Notes: a model not told the origin generated them from the sequence alone. A stretch of DNA of 64,000 nucleotides from Candidatus Latescibacterota bacterium (GCA_965243025.1 CBDETY010000003.1:6656001-6720000), one strand, 5' to 3'. Shown: positions 1-10,840, counted from the stretch's first letter. Numbers and translations are program-made.

Positions 1-1
1 G

Positions 2-1009
2 GATCTGGAGGATCTTCTGAGCTCGGCATGCAGCGATGACCCCGATGAGCGGGCGGCTGCAATGGAGCAGTTGCGGGCCCTTCTTCCCAGCAGGGAAGGG
101 ACCGACTTCCTGGCCGGGATCGTCGAGGACCCGGCCGACCGGCGCCGGCTTGCCGCAGCGGAGTTGCTCGGGTTACACCGCGGTTGGCTGGCTGCCCGGT
201 CAGGGGTGGAGCGGCTGATCCTGTGGGTCCGCAAGGAAACCGACCCCGAGGTGGGAAGCGCCCTGGTCGGGGCTCTGCGCGGCAGGAGCGAGGCGAGCGG
301 TTTTCTCCTCCACCCCATCCCGGCCGTTGCCCGTGAGGCGGCGCGGGGATTGCGGGTCGGCAAGGAGACGGCTCCTGCCCTGGTCAAGGCCATCCTGGGC
401 GGCTGCGACAGCGAGGTCGGGACTGTCCTGATGGAAAAGCTGAGGACGGCACCCGGCTCACTGGCCGCCAGGATCGGGGAACTGGTCGTCGAATGGGTGG
501 GATCGGCCGGCGATGAGGCGATCTCTCAATTGGTCGCCCGCCTTCCGCAGGTCGAGTTGTTCGAGCATTTCGTCGAAAAACGAGGGTTGCCCGCCTTCGA
601 TCCCCGGGCCGGCGAAGAGGTGACCGACAGGCAGCGAAGGTGGTATCGACTGGCCAGGATGGTCGAGACGGGAATGCTGGAGGAGCCCTCGGCAGAGCTG
701 GTGCGCCACCTTGTCGGGCGCTGCGCCGGTGACGACGCCTTTGCCCGCAGACACGCTTCGTTTCTGACCGCGGCGATCGCCAACACCGGGGCGACCTTCG
801 GCAGCGAGCTGCTCAGGGATCTCGAACGCCTGGCGATCGCGGCGAGCGAGGAGCGCCTGGTGAAAATGGCGGCGATGCTGCTCGAGCTGAAGACCCGGCT
901 CGACAGGGGGGCGGAACCGGCCGCTGAAGAGCTGCTCGAGGGGTGGAAGGGAAGATCGCCGGCGCTCAAGCTCAAGATCTACCACATGCAGCAGGGTCTC
1001 GACCAGTAG
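2..1009 (+). CDS. hypothetical alpha-helical (HEAT/ARM-like) protein, 5'-truncated
   Basis: The frame of ORF 62..1009 stays open back to the window edge (DLEDLLSSACSDDPDERAAAMEQL...). Ala/Leu-rich helical segments such as 'ETDPEVGSALVGAL' and 'HPIPAVAREAARGL' resemble HEAT repeats. Confidence 0.55.
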   Translation, partial: DLEDLLSSACSDDPDERAAAMEQLRALLPSREGTDFLAGIVEDPADRRRLAAAELLGLHRGWLAARSGVERLILWVRKETDPEVGSALVGALRGRSEASGFLLHPIPAVAREAARGLRVGKETAPALVKAILGGCDSEVGTVLMEKLRTAPGSLAARIGELVVEWVGSAGDEAISQLVARLPQVELFEHFVEKRGLPAFDPRAGEEVTDRQRRWYRLARMVETGMLEEPSAELVRHLVGRCAGDDAFARRHASFLTAAIANTGATFGSELLRDLERLAIAASEERLVKMAAMLLELKTRLDRGAEPAAEELLEGWKGRSPALKLKIYHMQQGLDQ

Positions 1010-1011
1010 CG

Positions 1012-1035
1012 ACCGGGCCAGCTCCGGCCCGGTTT
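1012..1035 (+). terminator. possible intrinsic terminator hairpin between convergent genes
   Basis: ACCGGGCC-agctcc-GGCCCGGT forms an 8-bp stem right after the stop codon; the T tail is short. Confidence 0.35.
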
Positions 1036-1105
1036 CCCCAGCGGTCGAAGCGGCCTGAACCACCCTCGGCGGCTCCGGAGAAGTGCATCCCGGGCCGTTT
1101 CCGAT

Positions 1106-2173
1106 TTACGAGTGCGCCCTCTTCAACAGAGCCAGGCCCATGAGTCCGAAGAGGAGATTGGCCGCCCAGGCACCCTGCCAGGGAGAGATGATCTCGTTCC
1201 AGCCGAGGGCCTGTCCCGCCTTTACGCAGGTGTAGAGCAGGAAACAGATCAGGACTCCGAGCCCGAAGCTGGCCGCGCGCCCGGAGCGCCGGGTGTTGGC
1301 CGCCAGCGGCGCCGTGACCAGGACGATTGCGAAGCAGGCGAAGGGAAAGGCGATTTTCAGGTGCAGGTCGACGAGGTGCCGGGTGGCGTCCTCGCCGTTG
1401 GCGCGGGCGCGGTCGACGTAGGATCGCAGCTCCGCGAAGTTCATCTCCTCCGGCTTTTTCTGCTGGCGTGAAAAATCGCCCGGCTCGAGGGTCAGGGTGG
1501 AAAGGGTCAGAGTGTCGAAGGAGCTGACCTCGAAGCGGTCGCCGGCCAGGGCGTAGCGGGTGCCGGCGACCGCCACCCAGCCCTTCTCCTTCCATTCAAT
1601 CCGCTTGGCGGTGGCGCGCTCGACGGTTCGGTCGGCGGGACGCCTCTCCCAAAGTACCTGCTGGGCCCGTTGCCGGGTGTGGTCGTACGAACGGGCGAAC
1701 ACCAGCTGACCGCCGACGTCCTGAAGCAGCACCTGCCGCCGGGACCCGTCGCTGCGGCTGTACGAACGGATGTCGTCCCGGGTCGTGTTGTAGCGGAACG
1801 TCGCCGGAGGAACGACGTACTCCGTGAAAAGCATGGCGCCGAGGCTGAACAGCAAGGCGCAGGCAAGCACCGGAACCAGGATGCGTTGGAGACTGACCCC
1901 GGCCGCCTTCATCGCCGCGATCTCACCGCGGTGCGCAAACCCCGTCAGGGAGAACAGGGTGGCGAGCATTCCCGCCGCCGGAAGAATCAGCACGATCCAG
2001 TAGGGGCTCCGGTAAAGGTAGTATCTCAGGATCTGGCCCGGCCGGGCGGCGTGGTCGATGAAGGTGTCGATGCTCTCGATCAGGTCGACGATTGCGGCGA
2101 TCACCCACAGGGCGACGACGCTGATGGCGAGCCAGAGGGCGAAACGCCGCAGGATGTAGCAATCGAGAATCAC
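1106..2173 (-). CDS. lptG: LPS export ABC permease LptG
   Basis: GTG start at 2173 overlaps the lptF stop (GTGA). Motifs ILDCYILRRF, GEIAAMKAAGVSLQRI, PEEMNFAELRSY and KIAFPFACF are typical of the LptF/G (YjgP/Q) family. Confidence 0.85.
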   Translation of the reverse strand: MILDCYILRRFALWLAISVVALWVIAAIVDLIESIDTFIDHAARPGQILRYYLYRSPYWIVLILPAAGMLATLFSLTGFAHRGEIAAMKAAGVSLQRILVPVLACALLFSLGAMLFTEYVVPPATFRYNTTRDDIRSYSRSDGSRRQVLLQDVGGQLVFARSYDHTRQRAQQVLWERRPADRTVERATAKRIEWKEKGWVAVAGTRYALAGDRFEVSSFDTLTLSTLTLEPGDFSRQQKKPEEMNFAELRSYVDRARANGEDATRHLVDLHLKIAFPFACFAIVLVTAPLAANTRRSGRAASFGLGVLICFLLYTCVKAGQALGWNEIISPWQGAWAANLLFGLMGLALLKRAHS

Positions 2174-3552
2174 CGCGCGCGGGCTCCCGGGCGGTAATAG
2201 GCCAGGGCAGTCAGCAGCCTCTGGCCGAGGCGGCCGCCGGTCGGCTGATCGAGGGCGACAACCCTCAGCAGCAGGACTCCGAGGCCCCCGAAGCAGAGAT
2301 TGGGGGCCCACATCGCCAGCGCGGGGGGAACGTAGCCGCGGTCCGCCAGGCCCTCCCCCCCGATCAGGAACATCCAGTACACGAAGAAGAAGACCAGACT
2401 GAGGACGACGGCTGTCGCCGCCCCCCGGGTGCGCACGAGGGCGCCCGCCGGCGCCCCGACGAGCACGAATACGATGCATGCCGCGGCGATCGAGAACTTC
2501 TTGTGAATCTCCACGAGATAGGCGTTGGCGCGGCGCTCGCGGTTCTGGTTGAGGCGCCTCTTCCTGTGCAGCTGTTTGGCGATTTCCTCGGCTCGCGCCT
2601 GGAGGGGGGAATCGGACAGCCCCTGTCCGGCTCCGGCCTCGTCCGCGGCCCTGGTCGCAGCCTGGCGGGCTGTCACCGTGTCGAGGAAGGCGTGCACCGT
2701 CGAATCCATCGCCGCTGCTTCCCGGGCCTGCTCGTCACGATAATCCGCGACTTCGGCCATCATCGCACCGATATCCATCTCGCGGTCGCTGCGATAGGAG
2801 GAAGACGGGAAGTTCTGCACCTTGCGGTCGCGGTCGGTTATGTGAATCACCTGGCGCTCGAAGCGGCCCTCGACGAACTGCCCGGGATCGTCGGCATCGA
2901 TGCGGTGGAATTCGCCGTCGAGCAGGGTCAGGCGCATGTACCCGCCGTCGTCGAAGATCCGCACCTCGGCGGCCTCGGCGTGCAGTGTCTGCGGGGGGCC
3001 GCTGCGGCCGCCGTCGACGAGGGTCACTCCGTACAGCCGGTTCGCCTCCTCGTCGACGCGGCGGATCAGCAGGCTGTAGCCGCCCAGATCGCGGATGAAT
3101 ATCCCTTCCTTCTGCTTGAGAACGAGGGCGGCCTTGCGCCGCTTGAGATCGGCCTGGATGCTGCGGGCCTTGTGGTTCCAGTCAGGGAGAACGCGGTCGT
3201 TGAACAGAACCATAAGAGCGGTCAGAACCGCGGCGGCGGCGAGGACCGGCTTCATCACCTGAGGCAGACTGATGCCGCTAGATTTCATGGCGAGGATTTC
3301 GCTGTCGGCGGAGAGTCTGCCGAACGCCATCAGCACCGCCACGAGCACCGCCATCGGCACGGCGAGGGCGACTATCCAGCCGAGGTTGTAGAAGAACAGC
3401 TGACCCGCAGCGGAAAACGACAATCCCCGGCTCAGCACCCGGTCCATCATCTGCAGCACCACGTCGATGACCAGCACGAACACGATCAGCGAACAGGCGA
3501 ACAGAAACGGGCCCAGATGCTGTGCGAGGACGTAGCGTGAAAGTGGATTCAA
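2170..3552 (-). CDS. lptF: LPS export ABC permease LptF
   Basis: Motifs LSRYVL, ALAVPMAVLVAVLMAFGRLSADSEILAMKSSGISL and VEIHKKFSIAAAC; tandem with lptG. Confidence 0.85.
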   Translation of the reverse strand: MNPLSRYVLAQHLGPFLFACSLIVFVLVIDVVLQMMDRVLSRGLSFSAAGQLFFYNLGWIVALAVPMAVLVAVLMAFGRLSADSEILAMKSSGISLPQVMKPVLAAAAVLTALMVLFNDRVLPDWNHKARSIQADLKRRKAALVLKQKEGIFIRDLGGYSLLIRRVDEEANRLYGVTLVDGGRSGPPQTLHAEAAEVRIFDDGGYMRLTLLDGEFHRIDADDPGQFVEGRFERQVIHITDRDRKVQNFPSSSYRSDREMDIGAMMAEVADYRDEQAREAAAMDSTVHAFLDTVTARQAATRAADEAGAGQGLSDSPLQARAEEIAKQLHRKRRLNQNRERRANAYLVEIHKKFSIAAACIVFVLVGAPAGALVRTRGAATAVVLSLVFFFVYWMFLIGGEGLADRGYVPPALAMWAPNLCFGGLGVLLLRVVALDQPTGGRLGQRLLTALAYYRPGARAR

Positions 3553-4195
3553 GGGGAACCGCCAGACTTTCGGCGCGTGTATCTTAAGGGACAGGCACGT
3601 GTAGCAGCGGAAACGCCGTCTCGTTGTGCATAGGTGCAGCGAAGAAAGGATCCCCCGGACCCGGGATGGTTCCCCCCGACCGTTCGGACTCGGGAAAAAG
3701 CGCCGGTGAATTCCCGAAGCAGGCCGGAGGGCGGGCCCGGACCGCAGCGCCGAATCGGTTTTCCGGCAGCATGGTCTTCGCTTTCTTGAAAGGTCCTCCC
3801 TGCTTGATGAAATCCAAGACTATATTCTATGTTAATTCGAGATTTACCCCACTCCACGGCCCCCGTGGAAGACTTCCCGATGACCGTGTCCCCAACTGAT
3901 CCCACCCACCTCCGGAGTCCGCTTATCGCTTCATAGCGAATGTCTGCAGGATCCCCGCTCAGCGGCTCTCATGCCCTGCAGCGGGGACATGCTCCAGTAC
4001 TTCAGGAGCCTGTCGGGCGATCCGTTCGGCGGGTCCGGGCCCCGGCGGCCTCACCCGCACACACGGGCGGGTTATGCGGACAAGCCCAGGCTATCACCGG
4101 TTTGTAAAGGGATAGCATACTCAAACCGGAAGGACCATGCGCGACTTTCGCGGTACGATGGTTGCTGTACATCCGTGCCGTGAACGGAATTCGTT

Positions 4196-7100
4196 TTGAT
4201 CGTCAGATCTCGATTCGACGCGAAGCGGGCCCGATTCGGGTTCCTGGGCTTCTTCGCGTGCGCCCTGTGTGCCCAGGCGTCAGCAACCGAAATCGGGTTG
4301 CGTCCCCATCCCCTGGTCGGACCCGTGGCGCAGCTGTACCACCAGCCTCTCGAATACGGCGATATCACTCGCCCGGGCCAGCCCCTGCTGCGCTGGCGCT
4401 GGAAAAGGCCGATGGTGGAATCGGCGATGTCCTTTGCCATGAAAGAGGTCACCGTCGACTCCAACGGGGTCCATTATACCCCGGTGACCGCCGGCTTTCC
4501 AAGCGGCCCCCCGGTGACCCTGAAACTCGGCGACTACCTCGATCTGGGGTACGACCACACCCTGAGAAGCCAGTGGCGGGAGACAGTGCGTCGCGACCAG
4601 AAGGTGACCGCCGCCCGCCAGGCCGGGAAGCGGGGCCGCTTCGAGTGGAGGGTTCCATTTCCGGCGCCGGCGCCGGTGCGCCGCTTCATCGGCGACGAGG
4701 GCAGCCTGAGGATCAACGGCAGTCATACCGCCACCCTGGGGGGAAAAAGCCAGTGGACTGCGGGGGAGGTGAGAACCAGGGCGGGAGGGCCGTCGAAGTT
4801 TCCGTCCCTGTCGATGGAGCAGGAATCGAAATTCTCCGTGGAAGGCAGCGTCGGAGAGGCGATCAACATCCGCATCGATCAGGACACGCAGCAGCTCGGC
4901 CAGGGAATTGCCGCCGGCTTCAAGGACAAGCTCGCCAACGAGATCAAGCTCGACTACAAGGGGGACGAGGACGACATCTTCCAGGAGATCGTCGCCGGCA
5001 ACACCACCCTCGCCCTGCCGCAGACCCGCTTCGTGACCTTCAACCAGCAGCACAAGGGTCTGTTCGGAATTCGCGCCAAGGGGCGCCTGGGACCGATGGC
5101 GTTCACGACCATCGCGAGCCATGAGAAAAGCGAGAGCAACCGGCGCACCTTTCGGGGCGGAGCGCAGGTCGACACGTTTTCCGTGAGGGACCACGACTAC
5201 ATCCGGAACAGCTACTTCTTCCTGGGGATGCGCTATCGCGACCGGCTCGGGGACTTTCGCGAGGTGGCTTCCTCCCAGCCGCGGGGCCTCGTCCAGGCCG
5301 ACATCATCGACGAGGCCAGCCTCGAAGTCTACATAAACGACTTCAACACCAACAACGACGCCGAGCTGCTGGCCAAGCAGGGAGTTGCGACCGTCGACGC
5401 CCAGGATGCGCAACTGGCGGCGGCCGGAGGCTCGGACATAGAGTGCTTCGACGCCAGCGGCGGTCCCATCGACCGCACCGGGTGCCGGGAAGAGGGAACC
5501 TGGCACAGGCTCGATCCCGACAACGACTACTCCCTGGTGCGGGAGTTCGGGTTCATAATCCTCAACCGCCCCGTCCAGGATCGCTACGCCCTGGCGGTGA
5601 AGTACCGCACTGTCGGCGGCGAGGAGTTCGGCGCCGGCGGCGACCAGTTGCGGCTCAGGCTGATCAAGGCGCGCAACGCCCGTCCCGACTTCCCGACCTG
5701 GAACCTCGAGTGGAAGAACGTCTACCGCATCGTTCGAGGCTTCTCCCGAGGTCGCCAGTTCGAAAGGGACAAGATCCGCGTCGAAATCCTCGAAGAGGTG
5801 CCGGGGCGCGAACCCTCCCCGTCCCAGGGCAGGAAGTCGCTGCTGCAGATCATGGGCCTCGACACGCACGGTCAGGACGCCGGGACTCCCCCCGACCAGC
5901 TGATCGACGCCGACTACATCGGTCTCGACGAGAGCCGGGGGGTGCTGATCTTTCCCGACCTGACCCCGTTCGCCCCGAGCGACACGCGCTTCGCAGGACT
6001 CGAGAATCCGGTTCCCAAGATCTACGACTCGCACCAGCGCCGGGACCAGGAAGAGGTGAGCCGCTTCCTCATCCAGGTCGTCAACAGCTCCGGCGAGCAG
6101 CGCATCAGCCTGACCCAGGGACGCCTTGCGGGAATCGACACCGAGTCGGTGCAGGTGCGCCTCAACGGCAAGAGGCTGACGCGGGACGTCGATTACACCG
6201 TGTCCTTCACCGGGGACGTAACCTTCCTCGGAGATGTGCAGAACATCGTCTCCGACCCCGGTGCCGAACTGGAAATCAGCTACGAGTCGCAGGACCTGCT
6301 CGGCCTCGGCAGCCAGCAGAAAACCCTGCTGGGCACGCGCGGGGAGTACGAGTTCATGGGCGGGGACGCGACCGTGGGGGGCACGGTCCTGTACAACAAC
6401 GTGCGCAGCGTCGATCCCCGCGTGCGCGTCGGCGCCGAGCCGGCGCGCACGGTGGTCTGGGACCTCGACCTCAAGGCGAAGTTCGACGCTCCGCTGCTGA
6501 CCCGGGCGGTCGACGCCCTGCCGCTGCTGAAGACCGCGGCCAGGTCCGACCTGTCCTTCCACGCCGAGGTGGCCCAGAGCCGTCCCAACCTCAACACCAA
6601 GGGGCGCGGCTACATCGACGACTTCGAGGGCAGCGAACAGCCGGACATCCTCAGCATTTTCCGCAACCGCTGGACACCGGCCAGCCGCCCCCTTGCCTTC
6701 GACGCGGACCACCGCGGCAGGATGATCTGGTACAACCCTTACAACAGGATCGCCCGCACGGAGATCTGGCCGCGGCAGGAGGAGCAGATCGAAGCCAGCC
6801 AGAACAAGACCGACGTGCTGGTCATGGAGCTGACGCCCCTCGAGGAGGGTCCCGAGTCATGGGGCGGCCTGATGTCGACCTGGTCGACGGGGGTGCGCGA
6901 CTTCTCGCAGAGCAAGTTCCTCGAGGTCTGGGTGCGCGGCACCGAGGGGGTGCTTCACATCGACCTGGGATCGATCGACGAGGACTGGATCGAGAACGGC
7001 GTTATCGACACCGAGGACATCCCGTACGCCGGAAGCAGAACCGGGGACAACGTGGTCTCGCCGGAAGAGGACGTCGGCATCGACCGCCGCGACGACGCGG

Positions 7101-10100
7101 CTGAGCTCGCCTTCTATCTCGCCGACGCCGGGGTGGGTACGGAAGGACTCTCGGTGGACGAGATGCGGGCGCGGTTCAGGGACCTGCCCCAGTACGAAGA
7201 CCGCGACCCGAGCGATCCGGAGGGAGACAACTGGCACTACGACTCGAGCCGGAACCGCAACGACTACAGCCGCATAAACGGCACCGAGGGCAACCGCAAC
7301 ACCGAGGCCGGCACCCGTCCCGACACCGAGGACCTCAACAACGACGGCATTCTCAACCGCAGCAACGACTACTACCACCACGTCATCGACCTTTCCGACG
7401 GCGGCCACGTGCCCGGTTCGGAAAGCCCGGCCGGTTGGCGTCTCTACAGAAGGCGGCTGTTCGACGAGAGGGTCGAACGTGTCGGCTCGCCGGATTCGAG
7501 CCGCGTCGAGTACGGACGCCTGACCCTGGCGGGAGGCTTCCCCGCCCCCGGAGAAACCGCCATCAAGGTGGAAATCGCCCAGATCGAGATCATCCGCAAC
7601 AACTGGCAGGAACAGGAGATCTCGGTGCTGCCGGGCGGCATGCCGCTCGAAGCGGACAGCGAGGAGAGCTTCAACGTCACCGTGATCGGAACCGACAAGA
7701 GCCTGACCTACAAGCCTCCTCCGGGGGTCAAGGTCAGGCGCCTGCGCAACTCGAGAGCGCGGGAACGGGAGCAATCCCTCGTGCTGGAGTACGGCGACCT
7801 CGAAGCCGGACACCAGGCCATGGCTACCAAGGTGCTGCCCGGCAAGGCGGACTACACGAAGTACACGCGCCTGAAAATGTTCGCCCACGGGGACTCCACG
7901 GGGAACTATCTCGTCGACGTCGATTCGAGCGAGATCGAGCTGTTCGTGCGCTTCGGACGGGACGGCTCAAACTTCTACGAGTTCGCCACCCCGATCTTCC
8001 CGGGTTGGGACGAGCGCAACGAGGTCGAAGTCGACCTGCTGCAGATGGCGCAACTGAAAGCGCTGCTGGAGGAAGGCCGCACCGACGACCTGGGCAATCC
8101 GGTTGCCGAGATCGACACGGTGATCGCCGATCCGGACCTCCGCGACGGCACCCCGGCGACTTACCGGGTTCGCGGAAGTCCGTCGATGCAGCAGATCAGG
8201 CAACTGGCCATCGGGGTGCGCAACCGCAGCGCCCTGCGCAGCTATTCCGGGCGCCTGTTCACCGACGAGCTGCGCCTTGACGAGGCGCGCAACGACCCCG
8301 GGCTGGCGGCCTATGCCCGCGTCAACAGCTCGCTTGCCGACCTGGTCAACGTCGACGCTTCGGTCGACTGGCAGGGGGAGAACTTTCGCACCATCACCAA
8401 CACGGGCCGCAAGCAATCGGACTTCCGGACGTCTTTGAACACCACGACCAACCTGCACAAGTTCCTGCCGGGCAGCTGGGGTTTCTCCATCCCCGTCAAA
8501 GCGACCTACACGCGCGACCAGAGCCTGCCACGCTTCGGTCCCAACTCCGACGTCGAGCTCGACCCGCTGGAGAAGCAGGAGCAGAAATCGCAGAGGATCA
8601 AGGAGCTCTACGAGATCTCGATCAGCAAACGCTCGAGCAAGAACTGGATCACCCGCTGGTCTTTCGACCAGATGAACTTCCGCATGTCGCAGACCCGGGA
8701 GCGCGGTTTCTCCCCGATCCGTCCGCTCGAAAACAGGGACAACCAGAACATGAGCTTCAGCTACAAGATGCCCCTCCCGAAACCGACCCTCAGGTTTCTC
8801 GGCTGGCTGCCCGGTTTCGCCCCGGAATCCTGGTCGAAGACCGAGCTGCGTTTCCTGCCGACAACCGCCAACTATTCGATGACCGTCAACCGCCGGGAGT
8901 CGGCGACGCTGCAGCGCTCGAACATCGATACGACCTTTCAGCAAGAGTTCGGGATGAGGGAAACCTACACCGCCAAAGCCAACCCGATAAAAGCGCTGTC
9001 AGGCGATTACAGCCTCCAGATCAATCGCGACCTGCGCAAGAAATACGACCTCGGGAAGCTGAGCTTCGGCCGTGAGGTAAGGCGCAACCAGAAGGCGGAC
9101 ATCAAGCTGACGCTCAGGTTTCTGAAATGGCTCGACCAGAGCTATACCTTCCTGGCCAACTACGAGGAGATCAGCGATCCGAGGCGAAGGCAGTCCAAGG
9201 CGGTCATCGACTCGGTCACCGGACTGCCGGCGAAGACCATCGACATAACGACAAAGAACAATCTTTCGGGCCGGGTGAACCTGCGCCTCGGGCAGCTGAT
9301 GAAAGCGGTCGGCAAGCCGGGGGTGAAGCGGAGCAGGAGCTCCCGGAGAGACCGGGAAGGGGAGGCGAACGAAAACTCACCCGAAACGGGGTCGCCCCGG
9401 ACTGACGGACCGCGCCAGCCGTTCTTCCTGCGCCGGTTCCTGTACTTTGCCGGGGGCCGCGTCGACCCCTTGAGCGCAAACTGGCGCCGCAGCGGGGAAG
9501 GGCGGAACTACAACCTCCTCGGGCGCCCGGCTGTCTCCTACCAGCTCGGGCTCGCCGACAGCCTCGAGATCCGGCGCGCTGCAGCGGGGTTGACCAGGCA
9601 GGATCAGCACAGCCTCAACCAAAACCTCGACCTGTCGACCGGCGCCAAGCTGCCGATGGGGTTCAGCGTCAAGACCAACTACAAGGACCAGACCTCGCGC
9701 CGCAGCGGCAGCACCCGCAACCGGCTGCGGATCCGCCGCGAGGAAACCTTCCCGAGCGTCACCGTCAGCTGGGGCCGGGCCGACCGTATTCCCTACGTCA
9801 GGAGGTTCCTGAACAGCGCCAAGGTGACCGCCTCGATCGATGGCGGGGTTACCGACGAGGGGAACAACACCCTGCTTCCGCAGGACCTGCTGAGCGAGGA
9901 AACCACGGACGAGATGCGCCTGTCGTGGACGGGACAATGGCGCTGGGGTCCGAGCACCCGGATAGGAGTGACTCGTTCGAGTTCCGACGAAACCAACTAC
10001 GAGCTCACCGCCGAGAATGCCGAGGCGGGCGGGAGACCCCCTGTGCGTGGGAGGGGGACGAGCGAGCGAAGCTCGACCAGCCTCGAGGTGAAGTACCGGC

Positions 10101-10387
10101 TGAGGCCGCGGGAACTGCCGCTCCTCGGGAAACTGAAGAGCGAGGTGGACCTCGCCTTCGAGATCGAGCGGGGGGCGAAGAAACGGTGGAGCGCTACCGG
10201 CCTTGAAGAACCTGTCCCTCTCGAGTCGAAGGATGAATGGAAAGCGGAACTGAAGGGGACCTACCGCTTCAGCGACACCTTCCGGGGCAACGGCCTCGTG
10301 CGCATGGACTACAGCCGCGACAACCGCAGGGCACAGCTTCGGAAAGTGCACGAGGTCAAGGTCTCCGGAATGCTGACTTTCCGCTGA
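4196..10387 (+). CDS. sprA: cell surface protein SprA/Sov-like giant outer-membrane beta-barrel (T9SS translocon homolog), 2063 aa
   Basis: N-terminal signal peptide. SprA-type motifs NEIKLDYKGDEDDIFQEIVAGNTTLALP, GLFGI, NLEWKNVY, GYIDDFEGS, DTEDLNNDG, YTRLKMFAHG, NFYEF and DELRL; the C-terminal region has amphipathic beta-strands. Confidence 0.88.
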   Translation: MIVRSRFDAKRARFGFLGFFACALCAQASATEIGLRPHPLVGPVAQLYHQPLEYGDITRPGQPLLRWRWKRPMVESAMSFAMKEVTVDSNGVHYTPVTAGFPSGPPVTLKLGDYLDLGYDHTLRSQWRETVRRDQKVTAARQAGKRGRFEWRVPFPAPAPVRRFIGDEGSLRINGSHTATLGGKSQWTAGEVRTRAGGPSKFPSLSMEQESKFSVEGSVGEAINIRIDQDTQQLGQGIAAGFKDKLANEIKLDYKGDEDDIFQEIVAGNTTLALPQTRFVTFNQQHKGLFGIRAKGRLGPMAFTTIASHEKSESNRRTFRGGAQVDTFSVRDHDYIRNSYFFLGMRYRDRLGDFREVASSQPRGLVQADIIDEASLEVYINDFNTNNDAELLAKQGVATVDAQDAQLAAAGGSDIECFDASGGPIDRTGCREEGTWHRLDPDNDYSLVREFGFIILNRPVQDRYALAVKYRTVGGEEFGAGGDQLRLRLIKARNARPDFPTWNLEWKNVYRIVRGFSRGRQFERDKIRVEILEEVPGREPSPSQGRKSLLQIMGLDTHGQDAGTPPDQLIDADYIGLDESRGVLIFPDLTPFAPSDTRFAGLENPVPKIYDSHQRRDQEEVSRFLIQVVNSSGEQRISLTQGRLAGIDTESVQVRLNGKRLTRDVDYTVSFTGDVTFLGDVQNIVSDPGAELEISYESQDLLGLGSQQKTLLGTRGEYEFMGGDATVGGTVLYNNVRSVDPRVRVGAEPARTVVWDLDLKAKFDAPLLTRAVDALPLLKTAARSDLSFHAEVAQSRPNLNTKGRGYIDDFEGSEQPDILSIFRNRWTPASRPLAFDADHRGRMIWYNPYNRIARTEIWPRQEEQIEASQNKTDVLVMELTPLEEGPESWGGLMSTWSTGVRDFSQSKFLEVWVRGTEGVLHIDLGSIDEDWIENGVIDTEDIPYAGSRTGDNVVSPEEDVGIDRRDDAAELAFYLADAGVGTEGLSVDEMRARFRDLPQYEDRDPSDPEGDNWHYDSSRNRNDYSRINGTEGNRNTEAGTRPDTEDLNNDGILNRSNDYYHHVIDLSDGGHVPGSESPAGWRLYRRRLFDERVERVGSPDSSRVEYGRLTLAGGFPAPGETAIKVEIAQIEIIRNNWQEQEISVLPGGMPLEADSEESFNVTVIGTDKSLTYKPPPGVKVRRLRNSRAREREQSLVLEYGDLEAGHQAMATKVLPGKADYTKYTRLKMFAHGDSTGNYLVDVDSSEIELFVRFGRDGSNFYEFATPIFPGWDERNEVEVDLLQMAQLKALLEEGRTDDLGNPVAEIDTVIADPDLRDGTPATYRVRGSPSMQQIRQLAIGVRNRSALRSYSGRLFTDELRLDEARNDPGLAAYARVNSSLADLVNVDASVDWQGENFRTITNTGRKQSDFRTSLNTTTNLHKFLPGSWGFSIPVKATYTRDQSLPRFGPNSDVELDPLEKQEQKSQRIKELYEISISKRSSKNWITRWSFDQMNFRMSQTRERGFSPIRPLENRDNQNMSFSYKMPLPKPTLRFLGWLPGFAPESWSKTELRFLPTTANYSMTVNRRESATLQRSNIDTTFQQEFGMRETYTAKANPIKALSGDYSLQINRDLRKKYDLGKLSFGREVRRNQKADIKLTLRFLKWLDQSYTFLANYEEISDPRRRQSKAVIDSVTGLPAKTIDITTKNNLSGRVNLRLGQLMKAVGKPGVKRSRSSRRDREGEANENSPETGSPRTDGPRQPFFLRRFLYFAGGRVDPLSANWRRSGEGRNYNLLGRPAVSYQLGLADSLEIRRAAAGLTRQDQHSLNQNLDLSTGAKLPMGFSVKTNYKDQTSRRSGSTRNRLRIRREETFPSVTVSWGRADRIPYVRRFLNSAKVTASIDGGVTDEGNNTLLPQDLLSEETTDEMRLSWTGQWRWGPSTRIGVTRSSSDETNYELTAENAEAGGRPPVRGRGTSERSSTSLEVKYRLRPRELPLLGKLKSEVDLAFEIERGAKKRWSATGLEEPVPLESKDEWKAELKGTYRFSDTFRGNGLVRMDYSRDNRRAQLRKVHEVKVSGMLTFR

Positions 10388-10449
10388 CGGCGACGATGAC
10401 CACGGGCACGCGGAACGGTTTGACCCGGCTTGTGCATCAGGTATCTTCG

Positions 10450-10836
10450 ATGTTCAACCGGCAGGAACAGACCGCGCTGCTGTTCCTCTCGGCTGCGCTC
10501 CTGCTGGGCACCGGCATAGCCGTCGTCGACCGCTACGATCCCGAGGCGATGGAGGAGTTCCACGTGATCGAGGCCGCGGTCGAAGCGCCCTCCGGCGCGG
10601 TTGCCGCGGATCGCCGCCCGCCTCCCCTTCCCGAACCGGCGGCCCCGGTGGGGGTGAACTCGGCGACCTCCGCGCAGCTGCAGACCCTTCCCTCGATAGG
10701 TCCGAAGACGGCCGCGCGAATCATCGGCTTCCGGGAGCGGAACGGGCCTTTCTCCAGGCTGGAGGATCTCCTCGAGGTGAAAGGCATCGGACCGGCAACA
10801 CTCGAAAAGATCCGTCCGGCAGTCACCTTGAACTGA
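10450..10836 (+). CDS. comEA: ComEA-family helix-hairpin-helix DNA-binding protein with N-terminal membrane anchor
   Basis: VNSATSAQLQTLPSIGPKTAARIIGFRERNGPFSRLEDLLEVKGIGPATLEKI. Start uncertain (ATG at 10396 or 10450). Confidence 0.85.
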   Translation: MFNRQEQTALLFLSAALLLGTGIAVVDRYDPEAMEEFHVIEAAVEAPSGAVAADRRPPPLPEPAAPVGVNSATSAQLQTLPSIGPKTAARIIGFRERNGPFSRLEDLLEVKGIGPATLEKIRPAVTLN

Positions 10837-10840
10837 AGAC

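Noticed and set aside
3549-4195. Small ORFs in the lptF-sprA intergenic region
   Set aside because: Mutually overlapping, atypical codon usage, no RBS or motifs.
4280-6712. 810-aa ORF antisense to sprA (likewise 56475..58910, 44371..46329, 49158..51086, 58966..60867)
   Set aside because: Antisense shadows of well-supported genes with no independent evidence.
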